Below are positions 27,310 to 41,547 of a stretch of 64,000 bases of DNA, one piece after another (position 1 is the stretch's first letter; every line of letters starts with the position of its first letter). The DNA is from Octopus sinensis (Eukaryota), in the NCBI RefSeq assembly GCF_006345805.1, contig NC_042998.1, forward strand, positions 158,906,001-158,970,000, written 5' to 3'. The notes under the pieces are model-generated. The model was not told where the DNA came from. It did not search any database and saw only the letters and a list, made by a program, of their open reading frames with translations. A program made the position numbers and the translations under genes.

Positions 27310-28932
27310 TACGTGCATATAGGGTTCCCTGCATTTTCCCCCTATATATACAAATTTTGTCTCCCATATATGACTTCTTTTCCCTAAATATTTCTTCTCC
27401 TACACCATATCTCCCTATGTAGTCTCTTAATCCCCTATATCTATACCCTTTCACATTTCTAACTCAGATGTTGAACGCACACCGCCAAACTCCACTTCCC
27501 ACCCTTCCAATTTCAGTTCCCCCGCCCGCCCTACGTTTAACACACAACTTTAAACTTTACAAAATTATATTTTTATCTTATTTTATTTTATTTTTATTTT
27601 TATTTTATTTTTACTATTTATCCTACTTCCATTTATTTTTATTTTTATTTTTAATTTTATTTTACTTTTATTCTACTTCCATCTATTCTCATTTCATTTT
27701 CATCCCTTACCTTAACTCTTATAATTTTATAATTCTTATACTTCATTTCTAACTATTACATTGTATTTCTTATTTTATACTGTATTTTTTATTTCTAATC
27801 TTTACCCTTACCCTCATTCTTTCTTACCCTAACTTATCGCTTTACACCTCTATATATGTTTATTTACTTACCTATGGATCCACCTTTTGAATATACGAGC
27901 GTCCGCGTACGTGTATACCATACATACATATGCACGCGCATATATGTACATGCATACTTCGATATTCTTATAGCTATACCCATGTGCGCGTGTGTCTCTG
28001 TGTGTGTATATGAGGGTATATGTGCACGCACATACGGACACAACAGCCGTGTGTGCGTGCGCGTATTGACATGAGTACGGGATTCTTTACATACGTTCTA
28101 TACACATCCTTTAATATCTTATACCTGGACCTAGAGGCGTGGGCATATACGTGTGTGTATGTAGTGATGGGCGCGCGTATATACTTGTGAGCGTGTACGC
28201 GCGTAATGTCCGTGTATATATGCGGATATTCTGTTGTTGTATGTGTGTGTACGCGCGTGCGTGTGGGTGCGTGTGTGTTTATGTACGTGTTTACACGCGA
28301 GTGCGTGTGTATGCTTATAGGCTGGAGGCCTATATGTACGCGTGTATGTGGGTGTATATATCCATGATGATATGTATGTACTAGAAGTCCATTTAATTCA
28401 AGGAACCAGATTAAATGCTCATCAGCTCTGATTTACAACGCATTAAGTCCCAGACGAAACTGATGATGTACTGACAATTCTACAACTAAATGTTTTCAAT
28501 CTCCTGACCACCATGCTTGGTCCATAACCTCTATACATCCCTATCTTTACATTCTTTTACACTTTTATCATGTTTTTATCAGGTGTTTTTACTTTTATTT
28601 CTATTTCTATTTTTACTTTATATTTCTTTATACCCCTTTACATCTACTTACAACCCTTTATCCTCTACATTTTTATATTATTCTATACTTACACTTTTTA
28701 TACATTTTTATCCCTCGTCCCGAACTCTCGCCCCTCCATCTTCACCTCTATATATGTATTTATTATTTACATTACCTCAACATCCAATTTTCCTCATTCT
28801 ACATTGAGAGAAGAAAGAGATGGACGCTTCAACTCTATGCTGCTGCCGCATTATGTCGTACGTGAATGAGAGGATTTGCATCCCCAACCAAGAATTTTTG
28901 ATGTACACATGTCCTTGTGGAAGCTGTTGTGC

Positions 28933-29010
28933 GCGGCTGAAGAAGGCCACAGACATACATTATGCATTGTTATAAATCTGTCTAATAAAGGCCCGAAACA
29001 TATGTACCGC
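28933..29010 (+). ncRNA. Type I hammerhead ribozyme in the PLE 3' pLTR
   Basis: GCGG-CTGAAGA-a-GGCC...GGCC-c-GAAA-CATATG-TA-CCGC. Stem I GCGG/CCGC, palindromic stem III ACATATGT, GUA cleavage triplet. Confidence 0.88.
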
Positions 29011-29059
29011 TGAATCCTTCGCATCATGTTTTTATTTTATTTTGATCAATTTATATATC

Positions 29060-29161
<102 letters not shown>

Positions 29162-29874
29162 GTATCATATATAATGTGACTGAACCAAGAATCATGTGGT
29201 TGGCAAGCAAACTTCTTATCAAAACAGCTTTTCCTTAAAAGGTCTTCCACTTAAATATAATCTATAATCACAGACATTGAAGTAAGTTTCTTGTAGAATT
29301 AAATTTCAGAATGTGCTTTTCCTTGATTTTCCAATCCTCTACTCTACAACCTTATCCGAGTGACGGTAGAGATGTAGAGAAAGATCTAAATTAGACTCCC
29401 ATAGAATCGAGGCAAATATAGATATAGATAAATACAGAATTTCTCGGGAGTGAATGTATACATTATATAATAAGGGCAGAACAGAAAGAACACAATGAGG
29501 AAAAATCAGACGAAAGCAGAGCAAACGGAAAACAGAGAGAGAGAGATGGATAGCTAGATAGATAAATAGATAGATAGATATACGTGGTGGTGTGTGTGTG
29601 TGTGTGTGTGTGTGTTTGTGTTTGTGTGTGTGTGTGTGCGTGTGTGCGTGTAATTAATATTTTCAACATTTATTGTTTTAGCAAAGAATTTTCGCTTTAG
29701 CTAATTCAATAATTCATCAAAAACAAAAGATTATGAATCTCTAAACGCAGTTTTTTCAGAACCTTTGTTTATGATGTTCAGAGGGAGAGAGAGAGAGAGA
29801 GTCGGTACAACATACATATATATATAGAGAGAGAGAGAGAGAAAGAGAGAGATGCGGTGCAACATACATATATG

Positions 29875-29912
<38 letters not shown>

Positions 29913-29956
29913 GTGCAACATATATAGAGAGAGACGGGAATAAAGACACAGAAACG

Positions 29957-30002
<46 letters not shown>

Positions 30003-30552
30003 AATGAGAGAGATTAAATATAGATTAAAAATCTCATTGAGTAGAGGAAAATGTAAACATAAATTCCTGCAAAGCGACGGAAATATAAATAAAGACAAGG
30101 CAGCGAAATGGCAGAATCGTTAGCACACTGGGCTTAGCGGCATTTCGTCCGGTCCAAACGTTCTGACTCCAAATTCCGCCGAGATTAACTTTGCCTTTCA
30201 TCCTTTAGGGGTCGATAAAATAAGTACCAGTTGAGCACTTGGGTTGATGTAATCGATTTAACTTCAACCCAAACTTGCTGGCCTTACATCAAAATTTGAA
30301 ATCAGTAGTGTAAATAAAGAATCTTGTTGGACGTGAAAGTGCGTAAGCTAGTAGTTGAGGTTTCGGTTCAGAATTATATGATCGTGGGTTCAATATTGAA
30401 ATTGGGCGATGTGTTGTGTCTTTCAACAAGACACTTCATTCCACGTTGCTTCAGTCTATGTAGCTGTTATATGTACCAGTTGGGTACTGGCGAAGCCCTC
30501 TCTCTTCCAGCTTTCACATCCTGGATATTCCCCCTAGAGGGAAACAGAAAGT

Positions 30553-30591
<39 letters not shown>

Positions 30592-30739
30592 AATAGCAGG
30601 GGGAGCGGAAGGTGCCTGTTCATGACTAAAGTATGGTGCATTTACTAAGTGGTAGTCGTTTCCGAGTGCTAGCTGGCTGTGCAAATAGAATGCAGGTAAA
30701 TATAGATACAAATTATAGCACATCGATAAATATTTGTAT

Positions 30740-31235
30740 GAGTAGATATGATTGTAATCAAACACTTTCTTAAGCAAAAGGCAACCACATAAACTAAAGA
30801 AACTCTTAACAAAGGCAAGATTCAACATGAACAAACAGAATAAAACATTCACAGTATCCGAGTGTAATGATAAGAGATGTAGAACGTGTCAGCATATGGA
30901 TACAAACACTGGACAGATTTCCACAAATGCAGATATGAACTGCAAAAGCAGAAATTTTAACCACTGCATTACATGCCCTAATTGCGAGGAACTATACATT
31001 GGTGAGACTGGGAATGCATTATTGGAACGCACATGAGTTCACAGACAACGAATCTGGAACACTAATGTTCGCCAAATTCCATTGAGCGAACATATAGAAA
31101 CATGTTTTCAGAAAATGTTTCTAATTTTTCCTTTCTACCGACTATATGACACAAGTGAGTTTGGAAGAAAGATAAAAGAAAAGCGTTTCCTTAAAATGTT
31201 CAAACCTGTTCTGAACGGAAATATCAACAATAATA
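30740..31235 (+). mobile_element. PLE C-terminal fragment (Neptune-like Cys linker + GIY-YIG)
   Basis: RQPHKLKKLLTKARF..CNDKRCRTC..MNCKSRN..CITCPNCEELYIGETG..ER.*VHRQRI..LSEH..RKIKEKRFLKMFKPVLN. Confidence 0.85.
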
Positions 31236-31786
31236 TAACAACCAGTTAATGATGTGGATTTAAAATATCTTTCACATATGAATATAAACAAATTACAGAA
31301 GACTGCCACCGATTGAAATAAAAATGACCGAAACCAACTAAGTTTGCTCACTCACAAAATCATTACATGTAAATTGCAAGCTAATTGGCTAAAATAAAGG
31401 GCGGGATCTATGCCAGTAATATCGGTGCGCATAGAAAACCATGACATTTAAACTACATGCTGATTGGTCAAAATCGCTTTCGAAAAATTCAGCTTGTCGG
31501 AGCCTTTTTAAAAAGTATAAAAAAGAAGTCAGTCATTTTACTACAGTTGTCAAAAACTCAACTGTCAGTTAGATATATTTTGAAATCTGACGATTACTAC
31601 GAACGTTTGAATGCGCTAATTGAACTTTATGAACATTACGAAATACTTTCTTAATGTTTAACACACTTCAACATTGTAATTTCTTGTAAATACAATAATA
31701 AAAACCTGAAAACCAGACCATGTTGTAACTTTCATTTACTGATATATTATTCGATACACAATTACACAAATTCGGGAAAATTATAC

Positions 31787-31823
<37 letters not shown>

Positions 31824-32559
31824 CATGTATGCATGTATGCATGTATGTACATATATATGTAGAGGAATGACCACCAAAGTGGACTCCTGATATGCTAAAT
31901 ATAGACGTCAAATCGCCTTACCACGAAGAGTGTGTTCTCAAAAAAAAAATCAACAAAACGCCAGGATGTAAAAATGAGCAAGACAAATGAAAATATACGA
32001 TTACCTACGTACCAATGGTTCCGCTTGTGATTTTTACGAATGTAAATATCTGTAAGGTCATCAGCATAGTATGTCGCGTACAAAACATAATTTCCAGAAC
32101 TAGGCACGGAATGCTCACCCGAAAGAGAGTATGTATAAAGTTCTGCAAATTATATTTGGGGGTATTTTTCAAATGTCCTCATTTTGGCGCGCTGAAGCCG
32201 GAAATAGCTCTGCAGTTAATAAATTTCTGCTGCTAATTTACCGGTTACAGAACATTGTTATTTAAAAATTAAATAATGAGGGTAGAAATTTGATATTAAT
32301 CAATTAAAACCAGTGTCTTTGCATATTTTAAAAAAATCTGAAGATTGAAAATTATATTACATACAAAATTAACTATTTCATCATTTTAACCTTTCAGTTT
32401 GTTTGTGTGTGTAGCATTCCTTAAATCATAGTCAATTGATCTCATGGGACATATGGTGACATTCAAAGGTCAGCTTTATAAACAATTTATAATACAGAAT
32501 TATCAGTAATGCTCATCTAAAGGAAACTGGTGGTGATGCCGGAGCGAGGGTGACCATGG

Positions 32560-32750
32560 AGGGATGTTTCGTGTTTCTTTATTACTATTATTTTTACTGT
32601 TTCTTAAGGTATCCGGACTGAGGATAAACAGGGACAATTTTGCAGGTGTTTGAGGATGATCGCCGCTAATTTGGATATACATCTCTGGATCACTCATATT
32701 TTGCAAACAGACGTCTGTCAGTACCAACATATTTTGCTCAGGAAAATATT
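32560..32750 (+). mobile_element. Possible Harbinger nuclease N-terminal relic
   Basis: TEDKQGQFCRCLRMIAANLD weakly resembles the Harbinger F...LRM....F motif. Confidence 0.3.
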
Positions 32751-34289
32751 AACGCTGGTGTCCTTAAACAAGGAATGACAAAATTAAAAGAAAAATGTGC
32801 GAGAATTGTTATTTAAAGATACCAATTTGAATATGGTGTCACCTTGTAAAGCCACACAATAATACAAAGATTTCTTTCACAATCTTTAACTTGTTGGTTC
32901 TTACTATATTACCACGTTTAGTGAAAAAAGAAAAAAAGTGGGAAATATTAAATGCGTGCTGTGCAGTTGGCTTGGGGAAACCTTAATTTTCTATAGAAAC
33001 TTCCTAAAACAATAAGTCTTAGTGTATGATATCTACTATTCTGAAAAATCAATTTTCCTGTTTGACAGCAAGCAGACGACTAAATATAAGACTGACTGAA
33101 AGCAATAGTCGATTTCAATTATAAGTTTTACGTATTCTAACCCAGCAATAGCTTATCTCTTGGAAATTACCTTAATTGAGGTTTGATGTTTTGGAATTAT
33201 ATTTTTACTAGGTATTCTTATGTGAAAGAATCAAACGAAGATATTTCTGGAAGGGATTTCCAGGAGAAAAAATTAAGCTCTGTTTAGTGTTTTGCTGATG
33301 GTGCGTTGTATTATATCATCCATGATTAATTATAGATGGTCCCAATATTTTAACTATCAAGCACATTTGAAAACAATGTGTGTAAAATTAAACAAATGTG
33401 AGCTTCTATGTAAACGTTGGACTCGCAAGAAGTAGCCACCAGTCCTTCCTTGAATCAAACTGTATTATTTTAAAAGTAAACATAATTATTTCGACAGACA
33501 CCTTTGAATATTGATATGCGCTGTTAATGTTGTTCTAACCATCACACCAGAAAGTGCATAGTAAAATAGCATTACAATATTCTCATGTGAGATGAGAGGA
33601 ATCAAACCGCTAGAAGGCAACTTTGGAAATTTGTTGAATCTTGCGGTTACCGTCCTTTTCATGAGAAGCTGAACTTAATTACCATTTAGTAATTATGATA
33701 CAGCCTCTAGAGGCGTAGATGACATAATTAAATTCAGAATTTAAGTTGTATTTGTGGATATTTTCAAATACATGCAATATATTGTGAAGATGCTATCAAG
33801 TCCTATGGCATTTCTATTTTTATAAATTACTGATATTTGTTTGAAGTTCATAAGTAAAAGTTATGAAAACTTAATTTTACTCGTGATTTGGATGATTTTC
33901 CTCTCGACTGTCTTTCGGTATTTTGTTATTTGATTCTTTACTGTTTGTTATAAATTGATGGATAATTTGGTTTATAGTGATGTCTAGATATTCCCTCAGC
34001 GGTCTAACATCATTAGTAAGCTTTTGTATAAGACACCAGTATTTCTGGCTCTGAAAATGGACCAATTTCAAAAGTTACTTTAAACTTTTATATGTAATTC
34101 TGAGCTTTTCTTTGTGAATCCAGCTGGGTATTGATTTTGGCAAAGCCTTTCACTATAAGTATTTATGCGTGTGTGTTCGTTTGTGTTTATGTGTGTACGA
34201 ATATGTGCGCATCTGTGAGTAAGAAATTTTCTTTGCATCACGTGGTTTCGAGTCCAGTCCCACTGTGCAGCATCTTAAGTGATTCTTAC

Positions 34290-34920
34290 TGTGAAAAGCA
34301 TTTAGATCTTCATCCATAAATGAAACATAAGATAAATAAATCTACAGCTTAGAAAAATACCTTTCAAGAACGAATATTTTAACAAATTAATGGAACAATA
34401 GATACAGAAATATAATGCAACAAAAACATCAATCACCACAGATACACTAAAAGTAAATTATGATGCTCAGCGATATATCATCGATAAAACTCTTAAAAAC
34501 GGAACACCAAATTATCGAGTAGCGCTAATAATTTATAACAAAAACATTAAAATCAAAACTATCCCACCAGTAACAAAATTACAAGCACGTAAACACTCAA
34601 ACAAGCCGCAAATGATCAAAATGATTTATATACACTCGATTGCAAACATGAACAACGTAAATCTCACCACTACAACTTCTGTATTGGCCGTACAAATCGA
34701 TTCTCGTTCCTGGATCACGATGCACATACAACGAACAGTCGCAATGCACTACACTCCAACAACACACTACAAAAGTCGATGTGTAAACATGAGTGGAAAA
34801 CATATCTAAACTCTACAGAGTTACCATCAAAAGTAGACGATGAATGTTGGAAACAATACACCGTAAGTGATACCAAAATACACACGGCCAGCAAATACTT
34901 ATCATAAAGAAAAGTAAATA
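34290..34920 (+). mobile_element. Highly degenerate PLE GIY-YIG fragment
   Basis: Stitched frames give DLYTLDC..FCIGRT..SRSWITMHIQ..HY. Confidence 0.45.
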
Positions 34921-35460
34921 CCCGAATGCTAACGGTGAAACTTAAAGTCCTGTTGTTAATGTCACAGTGAGCCACAGTTAACTCAGCCTCTTATGAAGAG
35001 ATAGCAACACGTGACAAAATCACTTCATCCAGAAAATTATATTTCTGGAATTAAAAACGTTATTCTATAAACTCAATAAACGATAAACTCAAACGAAAAT
35101 ATTTTTTAAATCCTTGATAAAATAAAATAATAAAGCTAGGAAACGGCCTTTTTAAAATATATAAAGAATAACTGTTTTTCTGTTTTCCATGCACAAGTGT
35201 ACATGCATATTGCTATGTGTATGTCTGTTGCTTGGTACATGTGTATGGGCGAAGGTGGAGAGTGTACACAGAGGTGAGCAAACATCTGACTAAGTCGGTC
35301 TCATTGATTCGTGAAAGAAAAGGTTTGACATCTGACTTGCTCATGGGACTGAATGCCTATTGTTGAGGCTGTGTTGATTCGGATTGTTAGTGATGTCCTT
35401 GACATACTTACACTAGCACTCACACGCACACACACGCACACACACACACATGCACGCACG

Positions 35461-35499
<39 letters not shown>

Positions 35500-36067
35500 G
35501 CAGCAGTAGACCTGCACTCGTCAGTATGACATTAGCACTGACATGACATTGTCGTTGGCTGTCTAACATTATGAGAACTCATGTACTCTCTCACTCTCAC
35601 ATATACATGCATTCACACACATATTTGCACGCTCTCTCACACCTACATTTATATTCAAGTACTTTCTTTCGATTCACTTCCTCTCATGCACACATTCAGT
35701 CTCTCGTCCACACCGTCGCTATTTCTAGCACACATACACTCATTGTATCACGCACACCTACATACACACATACACACACACGCACACCTACACACACATA
35801 CATACATACATACATACACACATAATTACATACACATTCATACCTTTGCTTTCTCTCTTACCTTATCTCCTATCCACAGACATACACGCACATGCACTCA
35901 CACATAAACACACTGTCCCTCCCGTTTCCTCTCTATCCCTCTCTCTCTCTTTCACCCCTCCCCACACACTAACTCATAGTTATATCTGAACATACATAGA
36001 CAGAATCTAACATTTTCTTACAGCCACTCTCGCTCTTTCAGACTCACTCAGCCTTTTCCTTGCTTTA

Positions 36068-36114
<47 letters not shown>

Positions 36115-36169
36115 TACACACACACGCACACACACACAAACACACACACACGCATACACACACACATAC

Positions 36170-36470
36170 ACACACTATTACTACTCCCATAATCATCTCA
36201 ACTTCCACCATCACCACCTAGCGGCTACCACTATTACTATTTCTATGACTTTTACCACCATTTTTACCGTCACCCCCACATTCACTACCGCCATCACTAC
36301 TACCACCAGCTCTATACCAATTCCACCACTACCACCAACACTACTATCATTACTATCACCATCACTCTCACTACAACTACTATCATCATCAGTTTTACTA
36401 AAACCACCATGACCATGCTAGCCATCGCCCCCCCCCAATACTATCACCACCACCATCACCACTACTTTTT
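36170..36470. repeat. Degenerate (CAC/TAC/CAT)n low-complexity tract
   Basis: Directly visible. Confidence 0.9.
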
Positions 36471-37122
36471 CCGTTATTGATGTTTGTTTCAAGCTCTTTA
36501 TATGTAAAACATACAAAAAGTGGATTTAACTCGTAAATATATAGGCTTCCAGTCTGAATAAATTGGCGTACTTTGATGAGAAGAAAGTCCTATCATTGGA
36601 AAGTTGAGACTTTATGAAATCTTTACCTGGTACTTCCGAATCATGCGATGTGAAGAATCATCTCATTCCATCCTATACATTTCGTCACTGGAAAACAAAA
36701 TGGCTCAGCATCAAACATTAATAGAAGTCAAATATAAATTCATATCTGGACGGGGCTTATGTACTAATTAATAAATATTCCACAAGGCTCATCATCATTT
36801 AGACTGCCTTATGCCAACTATGTTACTGAAAACGAAATGCACGGCATACTATGTGTGCGCGTGCTTAGCGGTATTTCGCCTGTCACTGCGTTCTGAGTTC
36901 AAACTCCGACTTTTCCTTTTATCTTTTCGGAGTGAATAAAATAAGTACCAGTTACGCACTGGGGTCAATGTAATCGACTTATCCCTTCCCCCAATATTTC
37001 AGGCTTAAGTATGTGCGCGCGCGCGTGTATGTATGTATGTAAATTACATCAGAACTACAATGAAAATAACCTGGTGAAAATGAAAAACTTTCAAGTGGCT
37101 GAAAGAAATTTAAAAAGATAGA

Positions 37123-37480
37123 CGCGAGCTTGCTTGTGTGGTAAGAAGTCTGCTTCACAACCACATGATTCCAAGTTCAGTCTCACTGTGTCTTACCTTG
37201 GACACGTGTCTTCTATTAAAGTTGACCAAAGCATTGTGAGTGGATTTGGCAAAAGGAAACTGAAAGAAGCCCATGGTATATATGTGTGTGTTTGTATCTG
37301 TTTGCACCCACCCCACCAACGCTTGAAAACTGGTGAAGGTGTGCTTACGTCCCCGTAACTTTCCAATTCAATAAAAGAGAATGATTGAATAAGTAGGAGG
37401 CTTTAAAAATTAAATACTGAGTTCAATTCCTTCGACTAGAATTTTTCAAGCACGGCCTCTGTTGAATGACTAAAAAGTCA
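37123..37480 (+). mobile_element. SINE family 1, degenerate (further fragments at 10233-10470, 15885-15932, 29178-29230 and 60020-60230)
   Basis: GTGTGGTAAGAAG..GTGAGTGGATTTGG..GGAAACTGAAAGAAGCCC. Confidence 0.75.
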
Positions 37481-37546
37481 AAATCTATAAAAAAAAGAGC
37501 ACAACAACAAAAAAAGATCTACAGGTTCTCATATACTGTCGCTTTG

Positions 37547-37577
<31 letters not shown>

Positions 37578-37600
37578 ATCTCTCTTTCTCTCACACACAT

Positions 37601-37821
37601 ACTCTTTTACTTGTTTCAGTCATTTGACTGTGGCCATGCTGGAGCACCGCCTTTAGTCGAGCAAATCGACTCCAGGACTTATTCTTTGTAAGCCTAGTAC
37701 TTATTCTATCCATCTCTTTTGCCGAAGCGCTAAGTTACGAGGACCTAAACATACCAGCATCGGTTGTCAAGCGATGTTGGTGGGTGGGGGGGGACAAACA
37801 CAGACACACAAACACACACAC

Positions 37822-37852
<31 letters not shown>

Positions 37853-38007
37853 CAACAGGTTTCTCTCAGTTTCCGCCTACCAAATCCACTCACAAGGCTT
37901 TGGTCGGCCCGAGGCTATAGTAGAAGACACTTGCCCAAGGTGCCACGCAGTAGGAATGAACCCGGAACCATGTAGTTGGTAAGCGAGCTACTTACCACAC
38001 AGCCACT
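37601..38007 (-). mobile_element. SINE family 1 copy
   Basis: Reverse complement of 11786-12201. Confidence 0.9.
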
Positions 38008-38119
38008 TTATATACATTATATACAGCCTTTATATACATTTAGGCGTAGGAGTGCTACATGCATACATATATGCATACATATATATACATTCATATATAT
38101 ATATATATACACGGCCATA

Positions 38120-38163
<44 letters not shown>

Positions 38164-38837
38164 ATTGAAGGATATGTTAACCTCGTGGAGGGATGGTTAC
38201 AGCCAAGGAGATACTGGTTCAATGCCTGGTATTGTTGGGGAATGAAGTTCCCTTGACACAATGGGTATATATCAAGCATATAGTTTATATCCAGTTAAAG
38301 GAAGAAAAGAAAATGGAAATAAAGAATTTAACAATTTTTTATTATTAACTAATTGGTCATCTTCACTTCTTACAGCCGTTTCAACTGATACTCAATAATT
38401 TAAGTTGAAATTTAGACATTATGTGACATGAGAATAATTTTATCATAAAAAAAAGATGTTATATGCGGACCCTTCAATTCATTTCAGCAAACTAAATATT
38501 ACGCTTTATAATTTGTATTATCATATGCTCGGCTGAAGGGTTTATTGATTGGTTAAAATATTATTAGGGATAGAGTAAAATAAAGAAAACTAGAAAAATA
38601 AACAAAGTAAAAATAGAGATAATTGAGGAAAAATAAATATAAAAAAGGGTAAATTTATAATTAACAAAAACAATCAAATATTCATTTATAAGGTATAAAT
38701 AAAATCATATAAATTTATATATGGATTTGTATGTATGTATATATATATATATGTAAATATATATATATATATATACATGTACACAAGCATACATACATAC
38801 ATGCATATATACGAATACATACATATACATGTGTATG

Positions 38838-38886
<49 letters not shown>

Positions 38887-40041
38887 ACATATGCGCACAT
38901 ACACATGTATCAGTATACATATATACACACGTTTATACACAACTCACACACATGAAAGTTATCTTCGCATACCCTCATATACATATGAACAAGTACATCC
39001 ATACTAATATATATAGAAGCACATGGATACGCATTTGTAATTGTTTATGCATGTGTGCATATGTATACATTCACATAAGTAAAAGAAAATGAAAGTACGT
39101 AAAGTCACCTACATATATGATTAAATAGCATGTGAAATAGTTTTTAGGAATATTAGATTTGTAGTTACAAACATATAACAATTTACATACATGTAAACAT
39201 ATACACGAACATATATATATATATACTTGGAAAAGTATGTGTGACGTTCGATCATATAATAATATAAATAATATATAAATATATTCATATATACATACAT
39301 ATATGTACATACCTACATATATATGTATATATGGGTACAGGACATCAAAAAAATCTTGAACACAATTACGATGCGCACTATTCTATCTCTACTATCTGTT
39401 CTCTATCTATCTATCTCCCGCTCTTGTTCTTCATCCTTTCTGATTTTCTCTCCCACCCTTTCCTATTCTTCTCCTCTCCTCTTCACTGTTCCCTCTCTCT
39501 CACTCTTCCTCCTTGATTCGCTCGTCGCTGACACGTGACGAAAGGGAATCTACCTTTCTGCCCATTTCCTTCCTAATGACAACACGTGCTTATAAGTTTC
39601 TCATCTCATAAGCTCGTCCTCCTAGCGTTCATAATAATTTTTCTATCTTCTTAGCTTAACAGCCCTCACCGTTTGTTTTTACTGTCTTGTTCTTACTGTC
39701 CTGTTCTTGTTACCACTTTCACCCTCCACAAAAATTCCAAATTTTACTTAATTTCCTTTGCGGGAAGGATTGTTTCAATGGAGTCGCATATTGTCCTTGC
39801 CTTCGAACGCGGAATAGTTGAAACAAGCACAACTGATAAAGGGGAATATTCTTTATGCTGCAAGTATCGTTTCTGTTTGTTTTTTCCGTTGTTCGAAAGA
39901 AAGTTCGTTTTCTATGTTTTTGTTTTTATGTTTTCGATTCTCATTGTGTTCAACGTTTTTTTATGTCCTGTACCAATATATGCATGTATATATACATATA
40001 GATGTTGGTATGTACATATATGTATGTATATATGCATATAT

Positions 40042-41030
40042 TCATTTTATGTAGATGATACAAAAGTTTCACAGGCAATACAGAACCCTGAAGACAATGT
40101 GAGCTGGACAAAATATACAAGTGGGCTGAAAAGAATAGCATGCAGTTCAATGCTGAAAAGTTTCAAGCTTTATGCTATCAGCATGCAAAACTAAATGCAA
40201 TACCCAATGAATACACTGGACCCGGAGGGATTGCAATCTCAGAGGCACAATCAGTGCGTGACCTGGGTATTTACATGAGTGATGACGCAACCTTTCATGT
40301 ACATGTTGCTAAATTGGCAATGAAATGTAGACGGCTGGCCGGATGGATTCTTAGAACCTTTAGAGCAAGAGAACAAGAAATCATGATGGTCCTCTGGAGG
40401 ACACTTGTCCTAAGCCACTTTGAATATTGCTCTCAGCTATGGTCACCATCCAGTGTCAAGTTGATCACAGAATTTGAGGCGATCCAACGAAGCTACACGA
40501 AGAAGATAGCCTCTGTGCAGCATGTAAGCTACTGGGAAAGACTCAAGAGATTAAAACTCTATTCCTTGGAGCGTAGGCGAGAAAGATATGCCATAATATA
40601 CATCTGGAAGATCCTGGAAGGACTTGTCCCAAACTTTGGCATCGAGAGTTACACAAATGCCAGAACTGGGCGCCACTGCGTGGTGCCAAGGACTCCAAAT
40701 TTGCCATCAAGATGTAGGACAAGATACTGTGATAGCCTGGGCTTCAGAGGCCCACAGCTCTTCAATATCCTCCCGAAGAACCTGAGGGACCTGCGGTGGA
40801 TGCGGATGTCTTTAAAGCAGAACTGGATCTCTTCCTGTCAGGTGTCCCGGATGAACCAACTTTACGGCAGGAGGTGCAGATGAGGGCAGCTGCATCGAAC
40901 TCTCTCATGCACCAAATGGCAGTTGCTAAAAAGCATTCGTGAAGTAAAATCATGTAGCAACACCAAATGGCGGTGCCCCAGCATGGCCGCAGCTCGTGAG
41001 CTGAAACTAGATAAGATAAAATAAAAATAA
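40042..41030 (+). mobile_element. 5'-truncated CR1-clade LINE (RT C-terminus + 3' UTR)
   Basis: YVDDTKV, MQFNAEKF, VRDLGI, FEYCSQLWSP, YWERLKRLKLYSLERRRER; short-repeat tail. Confidence 0.9.
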
Positions 41031-41055
41031 ATTTAAAATAATATATATATATACA

Positions 41056-41104
<49 letters not shown>

Positions 41105-41509
41105 AATATGTATATATATATATACCCCACATGGCTTCCCCACTCTCGCCCCCCCCACTTCCCCACAACATCACACCACACTACACTACACCATACAATA
41201 TTACACATCACATCACAACACACCACCCACACACCCATCCCCATATCTCCACACTCACACATACATACATACATACACACGTCCAGACCACCAGCCCTCT
41301 TTCACACGCACATACATACTCTCTTATACACACACGCATCTTCGTGTTGGGGCCACCTTCGTTTTGGAAGTCACTTGACCCTGTTATCTCCTCTACTGTC
41401 CCTCTAGCGTCTAACGTCTGACCTCTGAACTCTGCCTGAAGTCAGAACGCCATGATAGATCGTTAGCCCCTACACGCATTTTTTTCTCTCCTTGTTTTTT
41501 TTCTGTGTA

Positions 41510-41547
41510 TCTTTCTGTCGAAGAGCGTAGGCTCGAAACGTAAAAGA
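41510..41547 (+). ncRNA. Minimal hammerhead-like motif in a dispersed repeat (related copies at ~1625-1662 and 16033-16070, minus)
   Basis: TCTTT-CTGTCGA-A-GAGC-gtag-GCTC-GAAA-CG-TA-AAAGA. A6 is replaced by U and stem III is only ACGT. Confidence 0.45.

Larger units (their letters stand above)
19568..29053. mobile_element. Penelope-like element complex: 5'-truncated inverted copy (19568-23383, minus) joined to partial pLTR + ORF + 3' pLTR (23382-29053, plus)
   Basis: 19625-23383 is the reverse complement of 25306-29053, and 23382-24465 is a direct repeat of 27970-29053. RT and GIY-YIG motifs lie inside, and both outer ends abut (TA)n-type tracts. Confidence 0.95.
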
